Assembly: GCA_016235455.1 (NCBI GenBank)
Contig: JACRKZ010000018.1
Coordinates: 1-64,000, forward strand
Direction of reading: 5' to 3'
DNA from: Armatimonadota bacterium
Lineage (GTDB): Bacteria; Armatimonadota; UBA10988
DNA length: 64,000 bases
Shown here: one piece after another, positions 9,868 through 19,050 of the stretch
Numbering within the stretch: position 1 is the first letter of the stretch
Layout: each line of letters begins with the position of its first letter
Position numbers and translations under genes: made by a program
Notes under the pieces: model-generated
What the model saw: only the letters and a program-made list of their open reading frames with translations
Told to the model about the DNA's origin: nothing
The model's database searches: none

Positions 9868-10053
9868 CTACGCGTTGATCATCCACCAATCGCGTGAGAA
9901 GGGCTGGGGCGATCCGTGCCGTCGCACGTAGCGACGACGGAACTCCTTGCGGACACCGGTGTGGAAACCGAACAGAATGAACACCCAGAACGGGAGCGTC
10001 AGGGGACAGCAGATCGTCGCTAACAAGCCGACGAACGCCAACAACGTCATCAT
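9868..10053 (-). CDS. Small membrane protein (about 61 aa)
   Basis: MMTLLAFVGLLATICCPLTLPFWVFILFGF then basic tail; GGAG upstream; fills an otherwise empty gap. Confidence 0.4.
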   Translation of the reverse strand: MMTLLAFVGLLATICCPLTLPFWVFILFGFHTGVRKEFRRRYVRRHGSPQPFSRDWWMINA

Positions 10054-10259
10054 TGGGACCGACTCCTGCAAGCCCGAATACGGCTTGGACCGCAGTTAAC
10101 CGATGGTACGACCTGCGCCGCCAACGACCCGGCGCATGACCCTCTTCCCTGCAAAATACCTGCCACCGAGCGCCGATCTGACGCGCCGTTTAACCCACCT
10201 CGGGGTCGCAAAAACGCGGCCCGCTCAGGCAGCGCGTTTCGAGATATGGAGCCGGCGGG

Positions 10260-11381
10260 CTAGCCGCGACGCAGGTGGATGGCGACTCCCTTTTTGTTCG
10301 ACACCACGATGTCGAGCTTCCCGTCACCGTCGAGATCCACGACGGTGAAGTCCTGGCCGACGCCGCTGTCGTTTTCCAGGTCCAGCCGGGACCAGGTCAC
10401 CGTGCCGCCGTCGCGTGCGAGCTTGTAGCAGGACAGGTAGGCGGGCTCCAGGCTGCCGGGATCGGCGCCCATGTGCACCCAGAAGCGCTTGCCGGTGACC
10501 ACCTCGGGCAGGCCGTCGCCGTCGAGGTCGACCACATGGAGCGCGTGGGTCTGGCTGATCTTGTCGTCGATGACGTGCTCGACGAAGCTGCCGTCGGCCT
10601 GTTGCTCGTACCACCAGACGCCGTAACGGTGCGCGGAGCTGGTGATGACGTCGGCCCGGCCGTCGCCGTTGACGTCGCAAGCCACCATCTGCGCGCAGTC
10701 CTGGCCGAGCCGCGCCCGGTGGAAGTCCCACGCTCCCTTGGTGCGGTCGGCCGGCGCTTCCCACCAGCCTTCTTTGACCATCACGTCGAGTCGCTTGTCG
10801 CCGTTGAGATCGCCCACGCCAAGGCCGTGGCTGTACATGTTGGTACCCAGCGAGCCCGGCCCGCCGACCACGTAGCTGTCCCACGGCTGGTCGAGGTCCG
10901 CCGCCGGCCGGTACCAGCGCATTTCATGCGGCTTCTCGTCGGCGAAGACCATGGCCGGCACGCCGTCGCCAAGCAGGTCGCCGAACCACGGCGTCTCGTT
11001 GCAGACGTGCTCGGCAATGCGGCGCTCTTTCCAGTTGCCCTCGGCGCCCTTGGGATTCTCATACCAGGTGGCCGCGGCGTTGGGCGTGTCGACAATGATC
11101 TCGTCGGTCCAGCCGTCCTTGTTGATGTCCGCGGCGAACACGTAGAAGACCTTGCTGTAGCCGCCCTTCCAGTCGTAGTTGCCCAGCGGCCGGATGGGAT
11201 GTTGCTTCCAGGTGGGCGCCTCGTACCACAGGTCGCCGGCCAGCACATCGAGCTTGCCATCGTGGTTGACGTCGGCGGTGGCCACGCCCTCACCTCGGAA
11301 GGTGGGGTCGATGACGGTCTTCTGGAAAGTCAGCGCGCCAAAGCTCGGCGCGACGGCAAGTAGCAGGCAGATCCAACGCAT
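10260..11381 (-). CDS. Secreted FG-GAP/VCBS repeat beta-propeller protein
   Basis: Signal peptide; repeated DxNxDGxxD motifs (DVNHDGKLD, DLNGDKRLD, DLDGDGKLD). Confidence 0.85.
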   Translation of the reverse strand: MRWICLLLAVAPSFGALTFQKTVIDPTFRGEGVATADVNHDGKLDVLAGDLWYEAPTWKQHPIRPLGNYDWKGGYSKVFYVFAADINKDGWTDEIIVDTPNAAATWYENPKGAEGNWKERRIAEHVCNETPWFGDLLGDGVPAMVFADEKPHEMRWYRPAADLDQPWDSYVVGGPGSLGTNMYSHGLGVGDLNGDKRLDVMVKEGWWEAPADRTKGAWDFHRARLGQDCAQMVACDVNGDGRADVITSSAHRYGVWWYEQQADGSFVEHVIDDKISQTHALHVVDLDGDGLPEVVTGKRFWVHMGADPGSLEPAYLSCYKLARDGGTVTWSRLDLENDSGVGQDFTVVDLDGDGKLDIVVSNKKGVAIHLRRG

Positions 11382-11415
11382 GGTTCGCTCCCAAGACGGC
11401 CGCGGCCGTCCGGCC

Positions 11416-11917
11416 CTATTGGCCGTCCACCGGACCTTGACCTTCACGCGCGCCGAACGTCCGCTGCAAGAGGGCCAGATCCAGCCAGCGGCCAAACTTG
11501 AACAGCACCTCGGGCAGGTGGCCCACCTGCTCGAACCCCAGCGCGCGATGCAACCGCAGACTGGCTTCGTTCTCGGCGGTGATCAGCGCCACCACGGCGT
11601 GCAACCCCATGGTCTGGGCCCGCGCCAGCAGCGGCGAGAGCAAAGCGCGGCCGATGCCGCGACCGCGGAACTCGGGGCTGATGTAGATTGAGTCCTCGGC
11701 GGTGAAGCGATAGGCCACGCGCGGATGGTAGCGTGACAGCGACGACCAGCCGACGAGCTGTTCGTCCATCTCGGCCACGAAGACGGGCATGGACTCACGC
11801 AAATGCACCTGCCACCAGGCCATTCGCTGCGCCAGCGGCTGCGGCTCCTCGTCGGCGGTAGCGGTGGTGGTCAGCACAGGCAGGGATATCGTCTTGTTCG
11901 GCGGGCCGCACAATCAT
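11416..11917 (-). pseudogene. GNAT N-acetyltransferase (Pat/MnaT-like), frameshifted near the 5' end
   Basis: MIVRPAEQDDIPA (11917-11879) is out of frame with VLTTTATADEEP...AYRFTAEDSIY...RGRGIG...NEASLRLH...KFGRWLD. Confidence 0.75.
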
Positions 11918-11966
11918 CGCGCCAGGGCTCCAGGCAGCGACAGGGGACCACAAAGGCGGTTGAGCG

Positions 11967-13253
11967 TCAATGGCCCCGCATGCCCGGCTCGAGGCCCTCC
12001 ATCGGGCGCGGCGCCAAGGGCACGTCACCGCTTAGCGCCGCGGGCACGTCGCTCTTGGGCGTGACGACGCGGCCGGCGAACAGCAGAGCGCCCGTCTCCA
12101 AGTCGTAGATGACGAACACGAAGGGCCGGTCCACGCGGACCACCAGGGGCGGGTCGAGGGGCAAGCCGCAGCCCGGATAGCCCATGATGGCCGTAGCCGC
12201 GGCTGCCTCTGTGCCGCGCTCATCGACCCTGACCATGGCCTGGTGGTAGGCGTCCCTGCTATAGACCGTGCCGAGCGGATCGGTCCCGATGCCGGACAGG
12301 TCCGCCTTCAGCGCGTCGAATGCGTCTCGCACCCCGAGCGACCGCAGCGAGTCGGTGAGGTAAAGCGCGGTGTCAAGCGTGAAGCGGGGCACCGCCAGGT
12401 CAATGTCGCGTACCTCCGCTTTGGCCACGATGTCGGTCCATGTGCGCTGGGTCATGCGCTGCGCGAAGGGCACGAACGTGCCCTCGTCGGGGACAATGAA
12501 CGCTGCGGCGAGACTGCGGCTCAGATACTGCAGCCAGACCGCCTGCCAGCCTGTGCCGTGCGCGTACGAGGTGCGGACAACCTGGTGCATGAACGACAGC
12601 CTGAGCTTCCGACCGTCGAGGGTCTGGAAGTCATCTGGCCGTGAGTCCGACGCCAGGAACGGCTGTGCCCACAGCCCGTTGAAGTAGACCGCGTTGGTGA
12701 CCACCAGCGAGGTCTCGGAGCTAATGGCGTCACGCGCCAGCACTTCGGGTAGCCGCCCCTCCGTGTGGTCGCTGATCCAAGTGTTGATCGTCGCGCGCGC
12801 CGCTTCGCTGTTGGCATAGTCCAGCGTCCGCACCTCGGCGCTCGCCACAGCCTCGGTTGCCGCGCGGATGAAGGCCGCCCTGATCGCAATACGACGCGAC
12901 GGGAACAGCGCGTTGGCGATGCGTACCTGGCACGGCACGAAGGTGTCTTGCGCCACCAGGCGCGCCCGCAGCTCCGCGTTGCGCGACAGCCAGGCATCGT
13001 CCGTTGCATCGACGCCGAGCGCCTTCGCCAACTGCGCCCGCGTCTCGCCCTTGGCGCCGACGTACAGCATGGTCAGCGCCTGGTAGACGCTGTAGGGAGA
13101 CGCAAACGTGTCGCGATCGGCCGGCTGCGCACGGAGCAGATCGAAGGCGAACTGGTTCTGGGACGAGACCAGCTTGACGGTCGCCGCGCTCGGTTCCTGC
13201 GCGCCGGCGCCAACGCACCACGCCACGGCGAACAAAGCCCAGAATGGCCCCAT
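11967..13253 (-). CDS. Secreted serpin (4th in array)
   Basis: SPYS, NAVYFNGLW, hinge DERGTEAAAAT, DRPFVF; signal peptide. Confidence 0.92.
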   Translation of the reverse strand: MGPFWALFAVAWCVGAGAQEPSAATVKLVSSQNQFAFDLLRAQPADRDTFASPYSVYQALTMLYVGAKGETRAQLAKALGVDATDDAWLSRNAELRARLVAQDTFVPCQVRIANALFPSRRIAIRAAFIRAATEAVASAEVRTLDYANSEAARATINTWISDHTEGRLPEVLARDAISSETSLVVTNAVYFNGLWAQPFLASDSRPDDFQTLDGRKLRLSFMHQVVRTSYAHGTGWQAVWLQYLSRSLAAAFIVPDEGTFVPFAQRMTQRTWTDIVAKAEVRDIDLAVPRFTLDTALYLTDSLRSLGVRDAFDALKADLSGIGTDPLGTVYSRDAYHQAMVRVDERGTEAAAATAIMGYPGCGLPLDPPLVVRVDRPFVFVIYDLETGALLFAGRVVTPKSDVPAALSGDVPLAPRPMEGLEPGMRGH

Positions 13254-14520
13254 GACAGCCCCCTTCCGCTACTTGATCACCTCGCCGCCCGGATTGCCGA
13301 TGCGACCTAGGAACAGGATCGCGCCCGTGGCCCGGTCCTCGATCACGAACAGGAACGGGCGGTTCAGCCGAATCGGGTTGGGCAGCGCGCTATCGGCCCG
13401 CATGCCCGAGGCTGCGGCGGCTTCCGTACCCAGTTCATCGACCCTCACGAAGGCCCGGTGCCAGGCGCCATTGATGGTCGTGAAGCCGCCGGCCCGCCCC
13501 GTCGCCACCGGTGCGGGAGCCGCCTCGGCGATGCCGAGCGAGCGGAGATGCGTCAGCAGATCCAGGCTCAGCGCCGCCGAGAACTTGGGCATGGCGAGTT
13601 CCCTCTCGACGGGCGATGCCATGGCCGCTCGGGCCGCGGCCCACCAGGCCGCTGACAGCCGGGACTCCACGGCCGGCAGCTTGCCTTCGTCGGGCAGCAC
13701 CATCAGCGCGCGCAACTGGCCGCCGCGATAGTCCTTGGCCAGCAACAGGCAGTCCGCCGCATGACCCATGGCGATCGGCGCCACCTGGTTCATGAACGGC
13801 ACCAAGGCCCGTGTCCCGTCGAGCCGATGGAACACGGCGGGCTCGGTTTGGCTCGGGTCAAACGGCTTGGCCCACGGCATGCGGAACCACGTAGCGTTGG
13901 CCACGACCACCAAGGTACTCGGGTTGACACCGCCGCGAGGGATCAGGTCCGTGATCCGTTGGTGCGTGTGCTCCGCGACGAACTGGTTCACCGCGGTACG
14001 GGCCTCTTCTGGCCGGCCAAAGTCAAGCGACCGGACCTCCGTCTGCGTGACGGCGGCGCGCGCCTGCGCCGCGTAGCCGGGCCGCGGTTCGCCCGGCGGC
14101 GCGAGAAAGATGCCGTTGGCCAGAGCGAGCGCGCCGCCGTCTCGGTTGCCCGTGCGCAACAGCTCCGCCGCCTGGGAGGCATTGGCGCGAAGCCACCCGT
14201 CATCGGCGGCATCGACGCCCAGCGCCTTCGCCAACTGCGCGCGCAGGCCATCGTCCGCACCGACGTACAGCATGGTCAGCGCCTGGCAGATGCTGTAGGG
14301 CGAACAGAATGTGCCCCTGTCGGCGGGTTGCGCGCGCAGCAGATCGAAGGCGAACTGGTTCTGGCCAGCAACCAGTCTGACCGTCGCCGCGCTTGGTTCC
14401 TGCGCGCCTGCGCCAACGCACCACGCCACGGCCAACAGTGCCCAGAACGGCCTCATGGCGCCCCTCCCCTACTTGATCACCTCGCCGCCCGGATTGCCGA
14501 TGCGACCCAGGAACAGGATC
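13006..14520. repeat. Imperfect direct repeat about 1200 bp apart spanning serpin gene junctions (about 13006-13320 and 14209-14520)
   Basis: ctacttgatcacctcgccgcccggattgccgatgcgacc occurs at 13269 and 14469; signal-peptide coding segments also nearly identical. Confidence 0.85.
13269..14456 (-). CDS. Secreted serpin (3rd in array)
   Basis: SPYS, NATWFRMPW, DELGTEAAAAS, NRPFLF, ILFLGRI. Confidence 0.9.
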   Translation of the reverse strand: MRPFWALLAVAWCVGAGAQEPSAATVRLVAGQNQFAFDLLRAQPADRGTFCSPYSICQALTMLYVGADDGLRAQLAKALGVDAADDGWLRANASQAAELLRTGNRDGGALALANGIFLAPPGEPRPGYAAQARAAVTQTEVRSLDFGRPEEARTAVNQFVAEHTHQRITDLIPRGGVNPSTLVVVANATWFRMPWAKPFDPSQTEPAVFHRLDGTRALVPFMNQVAPIAMGHAADCLLLAKDYRGGQLRALMVLPDEGKLPAVESRLSAAWWAAARAAMASPVERELAMPKFSAALSLDLLTHLRSLGIAEAAPAPVATGRAGGFTTINGAWHRAFVRVDELGTEAAAASGMRADSALPNPIRLNRPFLFVIEDRATGAILFLGRIGNPGGEVIK

Positions 14521-15707
14521 GTTCCCGTCGCTGTGTCTTCGATGAGGAAGAGGAACGGGCGGTCGATGGTCAGCGATGCCTGCCTCGACGGCGCCCTCTC
14601 TCCGCCCTTGAGGGCGCCGACGATGGTAACTGCTGCCGCCTCCGTACCCTCTTCGTCCAACCGCACAAACGCCTCATGCGACGCGACGCCGAGGTAGAGT
14701 TCGTGCGGCTCGCCGCCAATGCCGGACAGGTCGGCCGTCTCGGGGTCGAACGCGTCCGTCACACCCAGCGACTTCAGCGTGTCGACCAGGTCAGTGCCCA
14801 CGCGCGCGCCAAACTTGGGCAGGGCCAGAGTCACCTCGTAGCTGCTCAGGCGCTCGCGGATGTCGGCCCAGGTCTGGCTCGTCAGGCTCCCAGCGAAGGC
14901 CGCGAAGCCGCCCGCGTCCGGGACCACGAACACACCCCGCAGATGGCTGCCGCGATAGTACTTGGCTACGGCCTGCCAACCGGCGCCCCGAGCGTAGGCC
15001 ATGTCTTCGGTCTGGTGCATGACCGGTAGCCGCACGCGCGAGCCGTCCAGCCGCGCGAACGCGCCGGGCTGCGTGCGCCTGGGCACGAACTCCTCGGCCC
15101 AGCGGTCCTTGAAGTACACCGCGTTAGCCAGCACCAGCGCTACCGGGTCCCGCAACGCGTCGGGCGTCAGCACCCGAGGGATGCGCTGCTCGGTGTGGTC
15201 GGCGGCCCAGCGGTTGATGGTGTCGACGGCCTGCCCCACGTTACCGAAGTCCAGAGGACGCACCTCGGCCCCGGCCACGGCCTGCGTCGCCGCGGTCATG
15301 AACTCTGGTCGCACCGGGTACTTGCGCTCGGGGAACAGCGCGTTGGCCACCAGCAGCTTGCCCGAGCTCGTGTTGGCCTCAGCGCGGAGCCGCGCGCAGA
15401 GCGCCGCGTTCTGGCCCAGCCACGCGTCCTCGGCCGGGTCGATGCCCAGCGCCTTCGCCAACTGCGCCCGTGTCTCGCCCTTGGCGCCGACATACAGCAT
15501 CGTGAGCGCCTGATGAATGCTATACGGCGAGAGGAAGGTCCCGCGCTCGGCCGGCTGCGCGCGCAGCAGATCGAAGGCGAAGCGGTTCTGGGCCGCCACG
15601 AGAGCCTGGGCTGGTCGCAACGGCTCATCTTCGTCAAGACCGACTGGCTGGCTCATGGCCGCAATGGGACACAGGCCCAGACACAACGCCACCCACACTC
15701 GCCGCAT
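14469..15707 (-). CDS. Secreted serpin (2nd in array)
   Basis: SPYS, NAVYFKDRW, DEEGTEAAAVT, DRPFLF. Confidence 0.92.
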   Translation of the reverse strand: MRRVWVALCLGLCPIAAMSQPVGLDEDEPLRPAQALVAAQNRFAFDLLRAQPAERGTFLSPYSIHQALTMLYVGAKGETRAQLAKALGIDPAEDAWLGQNAALCARLRAEANTSSGKLLVANALFPERKYPVRPEFMTAATQAVAGAEVRPLDFGNVGQAVDTINRWAADHTEQRIPRVLTPDALRDPVALVLANAVYFKDRWAEEFVPRRTQPGAFARLDGSRVRLPVMHQTEDMAYARGAGWQAVAKYYRGSHLRGVFVVPDAGGFAAFAGSLTSQTWADIRERLSSYEVTLALPKFGARVGTDLVDTLKSLGVTDAFDPETADLSGIGGEPHELYLGVASHEAFVRLDEEGTEAAAVTIVGALKGGERAPSRQASLTIDRPFLFLIEDTATGTILFLGRIGNPGGEVIK

Positions 15708-15734
15708 GGCGACCCTCCTGGCTGCAACACCAGG

Positions 15735-16943
15735 TTAGGCGGCGGGGTTGACAATCCTTCCCATGAACAACAAGGCGCCGCTGGCATTATCGCGCACCAG
15801 GAAGAGGAACGGCCGGTTGACGTTCATCACCACCGGCTGGGCCGGCATGGAGCGCAGACCGACGATCACCGCCGTCGCCGCGGCCGCCTCGGTGCCCTCT
15901 TCGTTGACCTTGACGAACGCCTTGTGCAGCGCGTCGGTGACGTACAGGTCGCGCTGACCGTCCAGCCCCGACAGGTCCGCCTTGACCTGGTCGAAGGCGT
16001 CGGTCATGCCCAGCGAGATGAGATTCTGCTTCAGGGGCAGGCTGGGCCGAACGGTGAACCTGGGCCAGGTCAGCCGCACCTGTCGTGAGCCGGCCGTGGT
16101 CATCAAGGTCGTCAGGTCGGCGGGGTCGAGCTCCTGGCCGACCACAGCGGTGGTCACTTCGGGCGGCAGCAGCACCAGCGCCGACACCTGCCCGCCCACA
16201 TACGGCAGCGCCACCGCCTGCCAACCCTTGCTCTCGGCATAGGGCAGCCGCTCGGACTGGGTCATCATCGGCACGCTCGCCGTGCTCCCGTCGAGCAGGT
16301 GGAAGTCACCGTCCGACGTGTTGCGCGCATTGAACGGCACCGCCCACGACGCCTTGAAGTAGACGGCGTTGGCCAGCACCAGCCGCGTCAGGGCGGTCAG
16401 CACGTTGGGCGGGATCAGGTCGGGAATGGCTTTGGCGGTCTGGTCGGAGACCCAGCCGTTGATGGCCGCCCGCGCGCCCTCGGTGTCGCCCGCGAAGTCG
16501 AGTTCCCGCGCATCGGCCCCGGTGTAGGCGGCCTTGACGCTGCCCAGGTACTCGGGCAGGAAGCGGAAGCCCTTCTGGCCGAACACCGCGTTGGCCGAGG
16601 TCAGCGCGAACGGCGTGCCTTTGTCGGCAGGCTTGGGCACGAGTGCCTGGGCCAAAGCCTGGTTGGCCGCGTGCCAGCGCTCGTCGGGCAGGTCCAGGTG
16701 CAGTACGCGACCCATCTGCGTCTTGGTCTCACCCCGCGCCCCGAGGTACAGCATGCCCAGCGCCTGGTTGATGCTGTATGGCGAGTAGAACACGTTCTTG
16801 TCCGCCGGCTGCTGGCGGTAGAGGTCCCAGCCCAACGCGTTCACCGCCGTCGCGGCGGGCTTGGGGTCGGGCGCCTGGTCCTGCGCCGCGATGGGCGCCG
16901 TCGCCAAGGCCGCCAGCAACAGTCCGCCGATTCCTCGCACCAT
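15735..16943 (-). CDS. Secreted serpin (1st in array)
   Basis: ATG 16943 with AAGGAG SD; NVFYSPYSI, NAVYFKASW, NEEGTEAAAAT, NRPFLF. Confidence 0.93.
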   Translation of the reverse strand: MVRGIGGLLLAALATAPIAAQDQAPDPKPAATAVNALGWDLYRQQPADKNVFYSPYSINQALGMLYLGARGETKTQMGRVLHLDLPDERWHAANQALAQALVPKPADKGTPFALTSANAVFGQKGFRFLPEYLGSVKAAYTGADARELDFAGDTEGARAAINGWVSDQTAKAIPDLIPPNVLTALTRLVLANAVYFKASWAVPFNARNTSDGDFHLLDGSTASVPMMTQSERLPYAESKGWQAVALPYVGGQVSALVLLPPEVTTAVVGQELDPADLTTLMTTAGSRQVRLTWPRFTVRPSLPLKQNLISLGMTDAFDQVKADLSGLDGQRDLYVTDALHKAFVKVNEEGTEAAAATAVIVGLRSMPAQPVVMNVNRPFLFLVRDNASGALLFMGRIVNPAA

Positions 16944-17068
16944 GGTCGTCACTCCTTGCACACTGCACCTACTTGGCCGCTGGCTGTGTTGTTGACGGCC
17001 GTGTACTGGTATCCTGTTACTGTCTTGCAACGGCCCGCTCGGCGAGCCGATGGCGCTGGGAGGCGACG

Positions 17069-17704
17069 ATGGCTAGCAGCATCTCCACCCGCCGGGGCGA
17101 CGGCGGCGCCGGGCAGATCCTCTACGGCCCGCGCGTGTCCAAGGCGTCGCCTCGGCTGGAGGCCAGCGGTGCGGTCGATGAGCTGGGGGCACACCTCGGC
17201 CTGTGCCGCGCCGAGGCCGCCAGCGACGAACTGGCGCCGCGCATCGAGGCGCTACAGCGCGAGCTGTTCGTGGTGGGCGCCGAACTGGGCACCCAGCCCG
17301 ACCAGCGGCACCGTCTCCGAGAGCGGCTGACCACGGCGCATCTGGCCGGACTGGATGCGCAGGTGGCCGAACTGGAGGCCTTGCCGGGCCTGCTGGATGG
17401 CTGGGCGCTGCCCGGAGCCAGCCGGCTCGGCGCGCTGCTGGACGTGGCCCGCACCGTGTGCCGCCGCGCTGAGCGGCGCGTGGTGACGCTGGTGGAGACG
17501 GGGGACGAGGACCAGCCGGACCTGGTGCCCTACCTCAACCGCCTGTCCGACCTGCTGTGGCTCTATGCCCGCTGGTACGAACTGCGCAGCGGGCTCGACT
17601 CGGCCTTGCGACCCGACGCCGGCTGGAGCGCTACAGCTTCCACTTGTAGCACCACAACTCCACCAGCCGCAGCAGGACCAGGACCACGACGAAGTAGAGG
17701 ATGA
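17069..17704 (+). CDS. pduO: ATP:cob(I)alamin adenosyltransferase, PduO type
   Basis: ISTRRGDGG, RVSK, GAVDEL, ARTVCRRAERR, YLNRLSDLL motifs. Confidence 0.9.
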   Translation: MASSISTRRGDGGAGQILYGPRVSKASPRLEASGAVDELGAHLGLCRAEAASDELAPRIEALQRELFVVGAELGTQPDQRHRLRERLTTAHLAGLDAQVAELEALPGLLDGWALPGASRLGALLDVARTVCRRAERRVVTLVETGDEDQPDLVPYLNRLSDLLWLYARWYELRSGLDSALRPDAGWSATASTCSTTTPPAAAGPGPRRSRG

Positions 17705-18743
17705 CGGCGAACAATGTGCTGATGACCTTGTTGCCGAAGACATCCTCCATGCCCTGGTTGACCGTGGTGGTCAGCGCGATCTTGGACCAGATGTCCGCCA
17801 GGAACTTCTGCACCCAGTCCCAGGCCGGCACCACCAGCGGCTTGTAGCCGAAATAGCACACCGCACCAACGACCGGATAGACCAGCGGGGCCATGACCGA
17901 GTACTTCAGTTCCTGGTGCTCCAGGTAGATGAAGCAGCGGCGGCACGGCGGCGCGGCGCCGCGCTGCGCCGCCACGGAGTTGCGCGCGTCGATCTCCGAG
18001 CGCATGTAGGCCTGCTGCGTGGCCGTACTGCCCTTCACGCCGGTGATCAGATTCTCCAGCATGGAGTTGTCGCAGAAGCAGCCGCGCTTGAGCTTCCAGC
18101 AACGGCGGCGCGCCTTGTAGGCCGGGCACACGCTGAGCAGATAGTCACGGCAGTAGGGCAACCGCCAGCACGGGCTGAGGACGTTGGGCTTGCCGCCCGA
18201 CTTGGGCGACTCGCGCTTGAGCTTGGCGGCCGCCTTGTAGGCGCGCGTCTGCTTCATCTCGGCCCGCGCCACCACCTTGCCCCAACCGGCGCGCAGACCC
18301 GGAATAAGCAGCGTCAGCAGCGTCCACTGACCGGCGTGCAGCACGTTGGTCAGCAGGACCTTCACCGCCTCGCTGTTCTGCCATTGGCCTTGGGCGTACT
18401 TGTTGCCCATGATGCGCACCAGATACGAGAAGCCGAACCACATGGCCACACCGTAGATGCCCACGTAGCCGACGCGCTCCTCGCTCTGCTCGGTGCGCCG
18501 AATGCCCCAGATGAACGCCACCATCAGCGCCATGTACAAGTGCCAACTGCTGATCTTGTCCACCACGGCCACGGCATTGGGCACATTGGCCTTGTAGAGC
18601 GAGCCGCCGGCCGTCTGGTAGGCCATGATGCCCAACGTCGCCCCGCCCACGATCAGGCCGATGCGCGCGCCCCACTCGGCGGCGCCCTCCAAAATGGTGC
18701 CCAGGGTCACCTCGGCATCGGACTTCTTGCGCTGGTTGGCCAC
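17631..18743 (-). CDS. Membrane protein with Cys-rich two-CW-like domain
   Basis: Several TM helices around CWRLPYC..CPAY..CW..GCFC..CRRC; GC3-rich codons. Confidence 0.8.
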   Translation of the reverse strand: MANQRKKSDAEVTLGTILEGAAEWGARIGLIVGGATLGIMAYQTAGGSLYKANVPNAVAVVDKISSWHLYMALMVAFIWGIRRTEQSEERVGYVGIYGVAMWFGFSYLVRIMGNKYAQGQWQNSEAVKVLLTNVLHAGQWTLLTLLIPGLRAGWGKVVARAEMKQTRAYKAAAKLKRESPKSGGKPNVLSPCWRLPYCRDYLLSVCPAYKARRRCWKLKRGCFCDNSMLENLITGVKGSTATQQAYMRSEIDARNSVAAQRGAAPPCRRCFIYLEHQELKYSVMAPLVYPVVGAVCYFGYKPLVVPAWDWVQKFLADIWSKIALTTTVNQGMEDVFGNKVISTLFAVILYFVVVLVLLRLVELWCYKWKL

Positions 18744-18768
18744 GGTCGACTCCCTCTAATGCCCCGAT

Positions 18769-18798
18769 AGCATACCAACCCGCAACCCCGCCTGTCAA
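18769..18798 (-). promoter_or_regulatory. Sigma70-type promoter
   Basis: TTGACA-18 nt-TATGCT on the minus strand upstream of 18743. Confidence 0.65.
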
Positions 18799-19050
18799 CG
18801 CGACTTGGCGCCCCCCTACCGGCCCTTCGCAACACGCTCGACGCACTCCGCCACGGCGCTTTCTCGCTCTCGGGTGACCCGAGTGCGACATCTTGGCCAG
18901 TACCGGATGTTTCTAGTCGATCTCCTCGGGACATCCAAGAGTCACGGTCACGCAACATCCACGACATCTTACTATTCTATAGTACGCGCGCGCACGCGTG
19001 TGACCCAGGGCGCGATGGCCGGGCCGCGGCGGACAATGGAGGACCGAACA

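Noticed and set aside
11870-11885. Programmed ribosomal frameshift in the GNAT gene
   Set aside because: No slippery sequence, and conserved residues are missing, which fits a deletion
11967-16943. Diversity-generating retroelement or invertase shufflon driving serpin variation
   Set aside because: No reverse transcriptase, recombinase, template repeat or inverted recombination sites in the window
16944-17068. Cobalamin riboswitch upstream of pduO
   Set aside because: The gap is only about 125 nt and no B12-box-like consensus is recognisable
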